Assembly (NCBI GenBank): GCA_951406725.2
Contig: OX597814.1
Coordinates: forward strand, 47,244,001 to 47,308,000
Origin: Octopus vulgaris
Taxonomy: Eukaryota
Reading direction: 5' to 3'
Length of the DNA stretch: 64,000 nt
The position numbers and the translations under genes are program-made. The notes beneath the pieces are model-generated. The model had not been told where the DNA came from and searched no databases. It worked only from the letters and a program-made list of their open reading frames with translations. Of this stretch, positions 1 to 13,510 are shown in pieces. Each line of letters starts with the position of its first letter. The stretch's first letter is position 1.

Positions 1-143
1 GTTTATGTCCCCATAACTTAGCGGTTCGGCAAAAGAGACCAATAGAATAAGTACTAAGCTTACAAAGAATAAGTCCTGGGGTTGATTTGCTCAACTAAAG
101 GCGGTGCTCCAGCATGGCTGCAGTCAAATAACTGAAACAAGTA
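1..143 (+). mobile_element. tRNA-derived SINE family A, 3' part
   Basis: Matches the 3' half of the full copy at 32509-32927. Confidence 0.8.
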
Positions 144-682
144 GATCGCACACTAAAGTAGGATACTGAGGTACATTGCACGCTGAAGTAGCACCAATTA
201 CACTAACCCAAGAAATTAAGCCATCCAAAAAGAGATTTAAAATTACTTGAGTATGAACAGTTCCTTATTTCTCGTGTGTATAATAATGATGCAATTGATT
301 TGTAGTGGTAGTTACTAATTTGCAATACTCAAGCTTTCAAGAATGAAGCCTCTACACTAGATCATAAATTGAGTAAAATACATATTCAAGTATTGTGTTA
401 CACAAATGCAGGTGGTATACATCATTTAAAGTTAGTGCTAGGAGGCAATCAGCTTCGCCATGAGTTTTGAGACATAGTGTACCAGCTACCACTGCATTGA
501 TGTGATTCTAAGAAATCATGTTTCAGCATGTTTATCTTTAATGACTGGTTTTCTTCCAGTAGTGTGTAAATATCAGGAAGATGTCTTCAAACTTTTTCCT
601 TGTTGAGTGAAAAAGTGCTACTGATTTGGGGCTACATGGTCACCCAGTACATTCTAGGTGCCAATTATTACTTTTATGATGA

Positions 683-893
683 AGGCAACAAGCTGGCAGA
701 ATTGTTAGCATGCTGGGCAAAATGCATAGTGGCATTTCATCCATCTTTACATTCTGAGTCCAAATTCCACTGAGGTTGACTTTGCTTTTCATCCTTTCAG
801 GATCAATAAAATAAGTACCAGTTGAGCACTAGGATCGATGTAATTGACTTATCCCTACCCTGAAATTACTGGCCTTGTGCCAGAATTTGAAAC

Positions 894-895
<2 letters not shown>
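683..895 (+). mobile_element. SINE family B with (ATT)n tail
   Basis: Head gctggcagaa..gttagca and conserved core gcctttcatcctttc.gggtcgataaa.taagtaccag; more than 10 copies in the window. Confidence 0.8.
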
Positions 896-941
<46 letters not shown>

Positions 942-1222
942 GAAAACATTGAGGTAGTGGTGATAACTTTTGACAGCAGCAGTAGTGGTAGTAGTAGTAG
1001 TAGTAGTAGTCCTTCTTTTAGTGGTGGTGGTGGTGGAGGGGGGCTTAAGAGGTGATAATTCAAACAGAATGCCAAAATTTGAAATCAGTATTACTTTTAT
1101 AATGTAGCGAATGACTTAGGGCATAATATTAACTTGCAAAAGATGATATGTGTACATTATATAAAGAATAAAATTTTGGTTATGACTGATTATGATTTCT
1201 CTCTCTCTCTCTCGCCATACAG

Positions 1223-1270
<48 letters not shown>

Positions 1271-1423
1271 TTATTTATTTATGAGAGATTTGTATGTTTG
1301 TGTGGTGCTGTGTCTGTGTATATATGCATATATGTATATATATCAATAATACAGTGATTGATTCTTATCAGGAACAAAATGTTTAATAGGACTGCTATAG
1401 AAGTGCTCAATTAAATGAGACAA

Positions 1424-1867
1424 ATATATTAAACTGTGGTTGCAGAACAAACAAATACAAGGTCATCCATGTAACATTTCATATCTCGAACATTTAATCA
1501 CAAAATGCTTTTTCTTTCACATAGAATATACATGTATAACATCACGGAAGATGAAACACAACTCATCAGTACAAGCATATAAGAAAATACAAGAAAGTGC
1601 GTGAATACAGTTCATCTCGGTTAAAATTTAATGATTAATATTTTAGCGATTAAGAAATATATATTTTTTTTAAAAACATTACATCTAGAATAATAAATAC
1701 ATAAAAATATAAGAAAATGTACTGATGAGTTGAGTTTCATCTTCTGTGATGTTATACATGTATATTCTATGTGAAAGAAAAAGCATTTTGTAATTAAATG
1801 TTCGAGATATGAAATGTTACGTGGATGACCTTGTATTCGTTTGTTCTGCAACCACAGTTTAATATAT
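1424..1867. repeat. Long inverted repeat (foldback), ~150-bp arms
   Basis: 1424-1573 is the near-perfect reverse complement of 1718-1867; ATATAT at both ends. Confidence 0.9.
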
Positions 1868-2110
1868 CATCATCATCATTTAACGTCCGTTCTCCATGCT
1901 AGCATGGGTTGGACGGTTCGACTGGGGATCTGGGAAGCCAGAAGGCTGCACCAGGCTCCAGTCTTATTTGGCAATGTTTCTACAGCTGGATGCCCTTCCT
2001 AACGCCAACCACTCCGTGAGTGTAGTGGGTGCTTTTTACGTGCCACCTGCACAGGTGCCAGGCGAGGCTGGCAACGGCCACGGTCGGATTGGTGTATTTT
2101 ACGTGCCACC
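1868..2110 (-). mobile_element. RTE LINE 3' end (family C), 5'-truncated
   Basis: (GAT)n tail and ggttggcgttaggaagggcatccagctgtag, as in the 3' end of the RT-bearing copy at 11100-12240. Confidence 0.8.
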
Positions 2111-2265
2111 ATCTATATCTGTATAGTATTTTGCATATATCTGGGCTTCACTCTCATCTATCTTTTTGGGCAATGTAAGTAGAAACACACAAGAATGTCT
2201 GTTCTTTATATCTGCTCATAATGTATATCTATTTGTAATTGTTCATCTTTTTTTTTTTTAACCAG

Positions 2266-2421
2266 GACGGCTCAGTTCGAATTTGGAATACCGTACTCAG
2301 CCAGTGTTGTGTTACTCTGAATGGTCATTTACAGTGTGTTACTTGCATCAAATGGGGTGGTGAGAATCTAATATTCTCTTCATCCCAAGATCGTACCATC
2401 AAAGTATGGAATCCAGAAGAT
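2266..2421 (+). CDS. NLE1: Notchless homolog 1 (WD40), internal exon
   Basis: Poly-T tract + ccAG acceptor, GTGAGT donor, phase 0/0. Encodes DGSVRIWNTVLSQCCVTLNGHLQCVTCIKWGGENLIFSSSQDRTIKVWNPED, matching the NLE1 pattern DGSVRIW...GH...VTC.RWGG.GL.YS.SQDRTIKVW. Confidence 0.93.
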
Positions 2422-4178
2422 GTGAGTTGGAATTTAAAATTTACTGAATTTTCTTTCTTCTGTATATATCAAGTCTTAATATGATTTCAAATCTACTCTT
2501 CTCTTCATCTACTGCACTCATTACACTATTGCTGTTTACTTATCCTATCTCACCTGGCACAAAGCCACCTCTTCCATTACCCCCCTCCTCCTCCCACAGG
2601 ATCTTTGTCTTGCAAGTAACTTGGTGACTTTGCTGGTGCTTGTGCCATGTAAAGAGCATCCAGTCCACATTGTTAAGTAGTTGGCATTAGGAAGGGCATC
2701 CAACTAAAACAACATGCCAAAGCAGACCTCACCAGTACTCAGTCCATTCTGTAAAGTGCTTGGTGCAGTCCCCTGGCTTGCCAAAGTGTGATGAGTGGGT
2801 TAGGGATACCTGAGTGGTAGAGGTATGAGACAGTTCTAGTTAGCCAAGGCTACATAACTAGTACTATGAAGTTCAGAGAGAGGGGAATCTGTCTTTTTGT
2901 GATTAAATACCAATCAGTCAAGTGGCCCTTCTTTAAATGCAATCCAGGATGCTTATATGTGTAGTATCATGGTCTAGCTTTTTGGGGATGAAATATCTTC
3001 CAGCATCTGAAGGTGCATTCCTGGCTTGCTAAGGATGGGCTTTCACTAGGAGAGATCCTCAGTGGTAGTGAAGCTCAGCATTTTGAATGACTTTAAAAAT
3101 GCAGTGTGGATTCAACAAGTAGAAAAATATTGGTAAGTTCTATGTCCATGAAAAAACAACCATGAAATATTTGCTGTTTGGAAAGTGCCACAAACACTTG
3201 CAAAGCTTTAGATGACCTGGGACTTTCATAGAAGACACTTGCCCAAGGTGCTACACAGTGGAACTGAACCCAAAAGCATGTGGTTAAGAAACAAACTTCT
3301 TAACCACACAGACTGATTTTCCTGAACCAAAGGTTGCAACTGATTTTGCTAACAATTTCATATGATGAAGATGTTAATCAAAATTCAAGAAATAAATTGC
3401 AGATTTTGTTTATAGTTGCATTGTCTGTTACTAGTTTAGCAAACTGAGATTAATTCTTACATACTGCTGAACCATAGTGACACAAACAGGATTGAATAGC
3501 TGGACAACATTGGACTTGGTATTAAAACAGGCATAATTAGTAATTAAAATTTTGCTAGTTTGATCAATGCACTTGCGACAACAAAAGCATGAAAGATTCA
3601 TGTAAAAATTAACCATGAATACAAGAATGTTACTTACCATGATCTAGTTAAGTATATGTACAGTTTTGAAAATTAATAAAATTTGTTATATGTAAAGTTA
3701 AATATTATTTTATTTGTCTGTTTCTTAGTCTCTATACAGCCCATGTAGCTGACTTCTTACATATAAAGCAATTTTCCAAACTAAAGATATAACAGACATT
3801 CATTTTGCATGTTTGCCTCATTACTTTAGCTATATGACTTTGAGCAACACTGAATGACATAAATATCAAGTGGCTTACAAATTATATAAGTATGATTGGT
3901 AAGCTAGACTTCATTAGTTCCAGATTTACAACTGTGATATTGTACAATGATATACTGTGATTTTATATTTAGGCCAGTGTAAAATGGTAATTAATTGTTT
4001 ATGGTATTGTCATTAAGTGAATAAAGGAAAATAAAATAAATAGTCAGAACATTTCAAATTTGGTTGTACCAAAACATATAGTAGTCCCTGGCACTGAGGC
4101 ACTGAGAATCCTTGATGTGCCACAAGGATCACAGTTAGAACATCTTTAATCATACACCTGTTGGATGACATCAAATTA

Positions 4179-5230
4179 ATGGGTTGGGCAAAATGTCTGT
4201 TTGGTCAGTTAAGCGAAAATAAGACATAAGTTTTAAACACAAAGTGATTTATTCAATCATTGATTTAATTATCATTTTGTTCCAGTATTTTCTGCCATCT
4301 TGTAGACAGATCCATTATTCTCTGCTCAAAGAATTTCCTGTCTTTACTAGCAAAAAACTTTTTTCAGTGAATTATCACACCCTCTTTGGAGTTGATGGTC
4401 TGTCCATTCAATGAATTTTGAAGAGACTGAAATGGGTGGAAATTTGAAGGCAGAAGGTCAAGAAAATATGGAGAGTTTGGTAAAACTTCCCAGCCAAGCC
4501 CTAATAATTTCTGCCTCAGAAGTGTGCATTCTGGCATTGCTGTGATGAAAGACAATGCTCTTATGATTAGCAAGTGCTGGATGCTTCTGGTTGATTACTG
4601 CATTCAGTTTGTCTAGCTGCTTGCAGTACACAATTGATGGTCCTGTCTGTGAGAAGAAGCTCATACAACCATCCAATCACACCAAATTAAAAGCATAGCC
4701 TTCTTCAAGTGAAATCATGCTTTAGAGATTGTTTGTCATGCTTCCCCCATGATCATTTGTGCTTCACATTGTTATACACAATCCATTTTTCAGTCCCTGT
4801 CACTATTCTCTTCAAAAAAGGATTGTTCTCTTTGCATTTATGCAGCAAATTGCAGATGGAAATTCATTGGGTGAGATTAACCTTATTCAATGAGTATGCA
4901 GCCCAAATATCCTGCTGACTTAACTAAGTTGATGCAGATGGGTTTGAACACTTGATTTGGATATTTGAAGAATATTTGCAATCATCCTGGTCTTATAATG
5001 GAGGTTAGAGTCAACTAACTCCTTCATTTTGTTGTTGTTAATTTTAGTTGGCCAACTAGAATGAGGTGCATCTTGAACTGAAAAATTGCCCAATTGAAAT
5101 CTTGAAATCTTTTGGCACACATGTTCTGTAACAGCATCCTCTCCGTACACTGGGCATATCTTCCTGCAGGTTTCTGCCACTTTCTTGCCCTTTCTGAAAT
5201 AAAAAGGCCTGAGGGATCGATAATGTTCAT
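4179..5230 (-). mobile_element. Degenerate mariner transposon
   Basis: Frameshifted transposase remnants: HTH region ICPVYGEDAVTEHVCQ..RFQLGNFSVQDAPHS, HHSNARMH, LGWEVLPNSPYFLDLLPSNFHPFQSLQNSL. Confidence 0.88.
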
Positions 5231-5964
5231 TTTGGTGCCACCCTCACTACTACCACCATGTTATTTAGTATCACAATATCAGCTAAATATCTACCCACTT
5301 CTGTCAACATAAATTTCATAATACCCTTATGTGTCAATGAGAGAGAGAGCCTCTATGCAGTCACTCAACCTATTCAGAATAACTACCAAATCTCAATCAA
5401 ATACATTTTATCAGCTGTTTGCATTAGAATTATATTCCACAATGTACAAGATCATCATCATCACCATCTGATGTCTATGTTCCATGCTGGCATGGGTTGG
5501 ACAGTTTGACAGGATTTGATGGCTCTGAGGACTGCATTGAGTTCTGGTGTCTTGCTTTGGTATGGTTTTTACAGTTGGATGCCCTTCATAATGCCCACTT
5601 TACTGTGTAGTAGATGCTTTTTGTATGCCATCAGCATTAGTGAAGTTGCCAAATAACTCACCAGACAGGAAATAAGAAAAGGAGGAAGCCCTTTCAACTA
5701 TGTTGGGGAAGTATATGAGAGAGTGGAAAAGTGATATTATACCTGGGATAGACAGCGGTATCTTGCTGTAGAGAAGACATATGGCTACCTTACATTTATA
5801 TAAGAGTGAAGTATCTGGGAAAAGTGAAGATGGTAGTGTTGAGGTGTGGAGCAAAACCCTCAAAAAGCAAGGGATGAATACATGTTTTTGATCAGGAGTG
5901 AGGAGGTAGTTATGAAAATGTGAGTGGGAGGGGGGCATATAGATTGTTAGATGGTATTAGAAGT

Positions 5965-6485
5965 CATCATCATCATCGTTTAACATCCGTTTTCCGTGCT
6001 AGCACAGGTTGGACGGTTCGACCGGGGTCTGGGAAGCCAGGAGGCTGTACCAGGCTCCAGTCTGATCTGGCAGTGTTTCTTCAGCTGGATGCCCTTCCTA
6101 ATGCCAACCACTCTGTGAGTGTAGTGGGTGCTTTTTATGTGCCACCAGCACAGGTGCCAGGGGAGGCTGGCAGCAGTCACGATTGGTTGGTGCTTTTTAC
6201 ATGCCACCGGCACAGAAGCCAGTCAAGGTGGCATTGGCATCGGCCATGTTTGGATGGTGCTTTTTACATGCCACCGGCACAAGTATGACAACTACAATTT
6301 CCATTTGATATTTATTTTGATGTTGATGTACTTAACTCAATAGGTCTCCTCAAGCACGGCAGGTCATGTGCCACCGGCACAGAAGCCAGTCAAGGCAGTG
6401 CTGGCATCGGCCACGTTCGGATGGTGCTTTTTACGTGCCACCAGCACAGGTATCATAACTACAATTTCCATTTGAGATTTATTTT
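5965..6485 (-). mobile_element. RTE 3' end (family C) with internal tandem units
   Basis: Same tail as other family C copies; repeated ggtgctttttacgtgccaccggcac units; 6367-6485 duplicates part of 6203-6315. Confidence 0.8.
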
Positions 6486-9400
6486 GTAGTAAATGGTGAA
6501 CAGAAGTAGAGGTGTGGTTTGATGGGAATATCAAGACACAGTAGTGAGATATGACTTAAAGCTGATCAGCAAGTCTTAATCTATCACTTTGTTTAACTCC
6601 ACCGCCACCACCACCACAGTAGCGTCTTGTCTGTTTGCAAGTATTATGACAGGATTTCTGGTCTGAAGAGAACTTTCTTTTCTTCACACCATTTTAAAAG
6701 GTCTTTGAAAAGTACATGGCTGCTGCTCTTCATTTCCTGACTAAAGCATTTAAACCAAAAGCAACACATTTCCTCCTGTTTGTAAAACATCCTAGTTCAA
6801 AAATACCTGTCAATCACATTTCACACTTGAATATCTTCGTTAGAAAGCCATTCAACTGTATAAAACGACTTCCTCATAAATTATGCAAATGGCCAAATTT
6901 CTAAAACTCTCAAACCCATACAAGCATAAGAAACAGAAATATAACAGAATAAAATAAAATATTGCAAAACAATTGAAACTGAATTGAAAAAAAAAAAAGA
7001 AAGAAAGAATTTTTGCATTTATCCATGTTAATATTTTGATTTCTGGTTTTAGTCAAATGATCTTTAAAAAAAGCATGAATGCCATAAAATCTCATTTGCA
7101 GTCTATGCCATATAAATGCAAGGCCTTCTGAATATGTAACAGATAATTATAATAAATAATAATTATACACTAGTCAGTTCACATCCCACAGGAGATGTCC
7201 TGATAACAAAATGCACAAAAGGAACAAAATTATGATTATTATTTCTTTCCTTTTCTTTTTTTTTTCTCAGATAAAGATTTCTATCTTGGTAAAAGAAAAT
7301 CTCAATTATTCATACATAGTAATTCCTTTTTCAAAGTTAAGAGATAACATCAATCTTGTCATTAGAACAAACAAACAGATTTTATTGTCATTTTTATTAG
7401 TTTTAGAATAGTGGACATCTTGTTATTGTTTTCTTTAAAGGAACCGCATCAATGCAAATTGATTGATTGATTTTTATTTGTGCTATATCTCTTATAAACC
7501 AAATAATGGAATAACTTCATTGTATATTGACATCACTTTTTTCAAAAGGAAAGAAATTGTATTAATTTCTATGATTCTCCCATTCCCGGTTCTTGTCTAT
7601 TTTCTGTATTATTACAATTTTTATGTCCATTGATGATGTATATGTGAGTTCCTGCAAAAATAAGATAGTTGAAACAATGAGAAGTTAAAGGTGATTGTTA
7701 CTGCTTCTGCTGTTGATGGTATTTGTGTGTTTGCTGCTGTAGTTTAGTGATTCTCTGACAGAACTCCGAAGAGGTTTTGTGCACATGAGTACAGACATTG
7801 CAACATTTCTTTGTTTGATCCTGCTGTATGGCACCTTGAGCAGTTGTCTTCTGTCATAGCCTCAGATTTACCAAAACTTTGTGTGTTAAATCAGATGTGT
7901 AGAGGCACATCATCATCATCATCATCATAACCACCATCATCATCATCATCTAACATCTGTGTTTCATGCTGGCTTGGACTGGACAGTTTGACAGGATCTG
8001 ATGGGTTCAAGGACTTCATCATGCTCCAGTGTTGATTTTGGCATGGCTTCTATTGTTGGGTACCCTTCCTAATGCCAAACACTTTTCAGTGTGTACTGGG
8101 TGCTTTTCTCTTGCCTATGAAACCCAAGAGGAGGGACTTTATGCAAGTAGGTGAGGGTTCAGATATGAAAGAAGGATGTGGGACAGAGCAGGTTCCGGTT
8201 GTAAGGGAGTTGCATGGCTGCTTATATTTTGAGAAGTGTAAAAAGCAAAATCAGTAGTAGCTGCAAAGCGATAAATAGTGGTGATGAGATGTCCAGTTGG
8301 TACCTCAAAGTACAAGGCAAGTAGAAGTGAATGGGAACAGAGAAAGTAGGAGTGGGTGGGGGTGAGGTTTTGCAAGTATATGGGGGTTGCAAGGAAAGTG
8401 AGGAGAGTGGATGTTGACAACATCTATAAGGATTGGGTAGGGTTGAAGGGTTGATGCAGAGTTGGGGATTGTCAATGGAGGAGGGATGCAAGATGAGAGT
8501 AATAAGATAGTAATGATGATACAGTTGACATGGGAAGGACAAGAGAGAAAGAGTCAAACATAGTGTATGGGGATAGAATCTGGTGGTCCAGTGTGGAGAT
8601 GGAGGGAATCATTGTAATGTGTAGAAGTAGAGAACAGTATTTATGAATAAAAAAAGTGTAGCAAGAGGTGGGGGCAGCCAATGTGGGAAAGATGTGGTGG
8701 GAATATGGGAAGGAGATGATAAGATGGTATCCATTTGTGCACATATATGTGGTTGTATGTCTGTGTGAATGAGTGTATGTGTGTTCCTATTTCTTTGTCT
8801 TTACATGGTATATTCATTGTAAAGAACTTCACTATCATAAATGGTGTCATTCAATTACAATTTTGTGCAAGAACATATCTAGCCATTGTGTTGTTTATGT
8901 TCAAAGAACTTGAGGAAATATTACCTGACAGGGAAACAAGTGAAGGTTGGTAACAGAAAAAGCATCTGGCCATAGAATATTTGCCTCAATGAATTTCATC
9001 TAACCCAAGCTAGCATGGAAAAGTGAACAAGAAAATGATAGTGATGTTGTTGATGATTAGGATGTGTGTGTATGTGTGTGTGTGTTGCTATTGTAATACA
9101 AGTACAAATTCTTCTGGAATGATAACTGTTTATTTATAAAGTGTAGGCAAACTGGTAACAGAGAAATTGATAGATAATGTCATCAAAGTGTCCACAATAT
9201 GTGACAGAAGAATTAAATTTAGACTGTTTGTAGGTAAAGCCACAATCATTATCTCCACATATGTATTGAAATCTGGACTATCTGTTGAGCAAAAAGACTG
9301 TTGTTAAGAGGGTCTATTATAAACTGCCTCAAAAATAAATTACAATGACATCATTTGTTTGGCCTGGTAACTTCAGAGGAAGACATGGGCAGAAGTGGTA

Positions 9401-9701
9401 AAAGCTTATCTGAGGATGCTGAACCTCACATAAGAGATAGCAAACAAAAGCAACATATGGTGAGACACTGTGTTGGAAAGAACTTCTACAACTCAAGCAA
9501 GCATAGAAAAGTAACTGTAAAATAGATGATGATCATACATATTCACAAGGACATGCGCATACACACACACACACACACACACTAGTATTTAATAACAAAT
9601 GTACCATAAATCAGGGTTATAATAATGAACATACTTTGTGTCCTGAGTAACATGGAGTTATACTGAAATGTAAACATATTGTTAATATATTTTCCCATTA
9701 T

Positions 9702-9949
9702 TGACCCTTAACTGTGAAATTAAATTTCATGATTATTCCAGTAATGATGTTAAATATATACCGAAGAATATAATTAGTATTTTCTGCAGGTTATGTTGCC
9801 TCAATAAACTTGATATATCTCACGAGAAAATAGTTCCAAACATGACATTTCTCAACAAAAGATAGAATGGTATACAAAACTGCTTCTTGCAGTTAAGGAT
9901 AACGAAAATTTGGAGCAGATATATCTGATTTCTGCAGTAAAAGGGTTAA
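9702..9949. mobile_element. piggyBac-like MITE (degenerate)
   Basis: Ends ttgacccttaactg...cagtaaaagggttaa (TTAA/CCC..GGG/TTAA-like). Confidence 0.45.
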
Positions 9950-11099
9950 TGTTGTGTCTAAGGGAATAAACTGTTGTCATTTCATTGAGTATTTGAGCTC
10001 AACACTTAATTTTTCATTGTAGTAAATTATGTATCTTTATGTTCTATGTTTTAAACATCTTCAAGACCAACTTTTGTCTTTTATCTTGCCTTCAGTTGTC
10101 AATAAAATATATGTAGCAGTAATTTATTGAGTTTGATTCAATTGCCTATCATCTTTTCCTAGAAATTGGCACCCAGTTTATCACTTGCTAAAAATCATTA
10201 CTGGACAAGATTTTATGGTGCTCTGTTGATTAGACTTATGATCAAAAGTATTCCAACCATGTACATCGTATATTATTTTTTATATTTTTGAAACTGTATT
10301 TAGAACTACCTTATCCAATGTGTACTTTGCTTTTAAGATGTTAGGGTGTAGTTTGAGGGATTTATCCATTATTTCTAGCAGATCAAGCAACCTCTTAGAG
10401 CTACTTTTGTTTGGGAGGATGTGAATCGTGATGGCTGAGATAGAAAGTGCATTGATATTTAGTCCACTACATGTACTTTACCTTACTTCAAGCCTTGATA
10501 CAATTACTCTAATCTTTTATTCTTTTAATGTTAATAAATCTATATACTAGTAATACAAGGGAAAAATCAAAAGAAATCATTGTTATTAACATACGGCTGA
10601 TGAATAAAATATTTAACCCTAGATCAGCTTTAATCAAGCAGTCTTTGATGAAAGGCATTTGAGCTGTGATTATTCTTCTTTTCTCTCTGGCATTTTGGGC
10701 CTCATTATCCAATGTGTTCCTTGTTGGCTACTTGACTCTATATTACCAATAATCTCTAAGTTTACAACTTGGTTCAGGTTCCCAGAAATTGTGTCCCAAA
10801 CACATTGTCCAAGTCTTTTGGAAGAGCATGACTTTCATCATGTATCTCTTTATCCCTTCTTATATAGAATCATCACCATCATCATCATCATCTTCTTCAT
10901 CACTACTGTAACATGCTGAGCAAACTACCTAACACAATTTAAGTGCATCTTCTTTATGTGCCTCAAGCTTATGTGTACTTCTCATCTCTCAAGGCTTGTA
11001 CCATTTATTTATTGGTGTCAGTTCAATAGAATATATACCTCTCTACAAATTTATGGTTTTGTACTAAAGTTAGAATTATTGTTATCATTATTATGTAAG

Positions 11100-12240
11100 C
11101 TATGGACGCATAAGAGGAGCAGCAATGTCAGAGGAAGGTTAAGAGGGAAAATAGTTTTGTGTGTGGAAGATGCACAGGTACAATAAACACTGAAAATGTA
11201 CAGAAATAGACTCCATCAACTGACAGTGGGGTAAGCTAGAGGTACTAGATAGCTTCCGTTATCTGGGTGACCAAGTTAATATTAGAGGTTGATGCGCCAA
11301 GATCAAAGCTATGAGAATAAGAATAGGCTGGGCAAAGTTCAGAGAGCTCCTACATCTGATGGCAACAAAGGGCCTCTACTTCAGAGTGAAAGGCAAATTG
11401 TATGGTGCCTGTGTTCAAATAGCTATGCTATACGGCAGTGAAACTTGGGTTGTGACTGCCAAGGAAATGCATAGGCTTGAAAGAAATGAAGCTAGTATGC
11501 TTCGCTGGATGTGCAATGTCAGTGTGCATGTATAACAAAGTGTAAACATCTTGAGAGAAAAGTTGGGCATAAGAGGCATCAGATGTGGTGTGCAAGAGAG
11601 ATGATTGCGCTGGTATAGTCATGTGATGTGGATGGACAAGGACAGCTGTGTAAAGAAGTACTGATCTCTAACATGGGACGAGGTTGTGAAGCATGATCTT
11701 CAAACTTTGGGCCTCAGGGAGGCAGTGACTAGTGACTGAAACCTTTGATAATATGCTGTGTGTGAAAAAACCCTTCAAGCTAAGTGAAATCGTGGTCATA
11801 GCTGGTTCTGGTGTTATGTAACTGGCACCTGGGCTGCTGGCATATAAAAGGCACCTTTTGAGCATTGAGCCTCGCAGAGACAAGGTGGCTGATGCCGGTA
11901 GCACATAAAAAGCACATTTTGAGTGTTGGGCCTCACAGAAGCAATGATGAACAACCGAGATCTTTGGCACTATGCCATGATTGAGAAGACCCATCAAACC
12001 AAGTAAAATCATAGTTGTAGAAGATATTGATGTCAAGCAAATGGAACCCGTGCCAGTGGCACATAAAAGCACTCATTACACTCTTGGAGTGGTTGGTGTG
12101 AGGAAGGGCATCCAGCCATAGAAACCATGTCAAATCAGACTGGAGTCTGGTGCAGCCTTCCAGCTAGCCAGCCCTAGTCAAACCATCCAACCTATGCCAG
12201 TATGGACAACAGACGTTAAATGATAATGATGATGAAGATG
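11100..12240 (+). mobile_element. RTE-clade LINE, 3' fragment (RT C-terminus + 3'UTR)
   Basis: DSFRYLGD, RIRIGWAKFRELL, VKGKLYGACVQIAMLYGSETW, MLRWMCNVS; followed by 3'UTR and (GAT)n tail. Confidence 0.92.
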
Positions 12241-12459
12241 CAATGAACTGGTAGAATTGTTAGCACATTGGACAAAATGCTTAGTGACATGTCTTATGGC
12301 TCTTTATGTTCTGAGTTCAAATCTTGCCAAGATCATCTTTACCTTTCATTCTTTCAGGATCAATAAAATAAAGTACCAGTTAAGTACTGGAGTCAGTGGA
12401 ACTGGTTATCCATCACACCACTAAAAGTTTTTGCCATTGTTGTTTGACTTCACTGAGGA

Positions 12460-13165
12460 TTACTCTTATTCCTCATAGAATATAGGTGGCTTGTTACTAC
12501 CTGTAAGCTCAGATACCCACGTGATTTCAATAAGCCATCAAGTGCTCAAAACTCTTCTGATGACTTTTCCTGTTCCTAGGAGGCAAACCTTCTGAAGAAG
12601 CTCTACAGAACATTCCATTCCAATCTCTTTTATCCATTTGTGTATTTTATCACTCACAGTCCCTAATGCACCAATTACCACAGATGCAACCTTTACAAGA
12701 GCTCATATTCCAAATTCTCGCAAACTCCAATTTTAAGGGGTTGTATGTTTTCAACTTTGTATTTGCTTTCTTCACAATCCTATTATCAAATGGACATGAT
12801 GGATCAGTCAGTAAGCAAATTCAATTTTCCTTGTCTCTTACTGTAATATCTGGCTTATGTTCTACCTTCTTATCCATTTGAATGGGGAAATCCTGCAAAA
12901 TCTTACAAGTTTCTAACTCAAGCACTCTTTCTACCTGATGATTGTCCCATGTACTTCCTGCTTCAAACACCCATTTCTGATAAAGCGTCCAGTGTAAAAT
13001 GTTCACAATTTGATCATGTCACCAATTCTTATATTCTGCCTGGGCCAACTTGGGACATTCTGCAACAGTGTATGCCATTGTTTCATCCCAGATTTCACAT
13101 ACACTAACACCTTTTGCTAACACCTTTTCCCCATGCATATATTTTCTCGAGTTGTTTGTTTGCAA
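12460..13165 (-). mobile_element. R4/NeSL-like LINE C-terminal remnant (zinc knuckle + restriction-like endonuclease)
   Basis: CEIWDETMAYTVAECPKLAQAEYKNW*HDQIVNILHW, KILQDFPIQMDKKVEHKPDITV, LLQKVCLLGTGKVIRRVL*. Confidence 0.8.
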
Positions 13166-13189
13166 TCATCATCATCATCATCATGAAGG

Positions 13190-13377
13190 TGCTGGACAAA
13201 ATGCTTAGTGGTACTTTGTCCATCTTTGCATTCTGAGTTCAGATTCTACTGAGGTCGACTTTGCTTTTCATCCTTTTGGGATCAATAAAATAAGTACTAG
13301 TTGAGAACTGGGGTTGATGTAATTGACTTGCCCCACTCCCCCAAACTTGCTGGCTTTATACCAGAATTTGAAACCAT
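13190..13377 (+). mobile_element. SINE family B
   Basis: Family B core motif; followed by (GCT)n(GTT)n. Confidence 0.8.

Positions 13378-13510
<133 letters not shown>

Noticed and set aside
950-971. let-7-like TGAGGTAGT (also at 13521)
   Set aside because: Only 9 nt match, no precursor hairpin, and it lies in GTA/GTG low-complexity duplicated flank.
1896-2126. Recurrent ORFs containing LQLDALPNANHS
   Set aside because: Antisense reading of the non-coding RTE tail.
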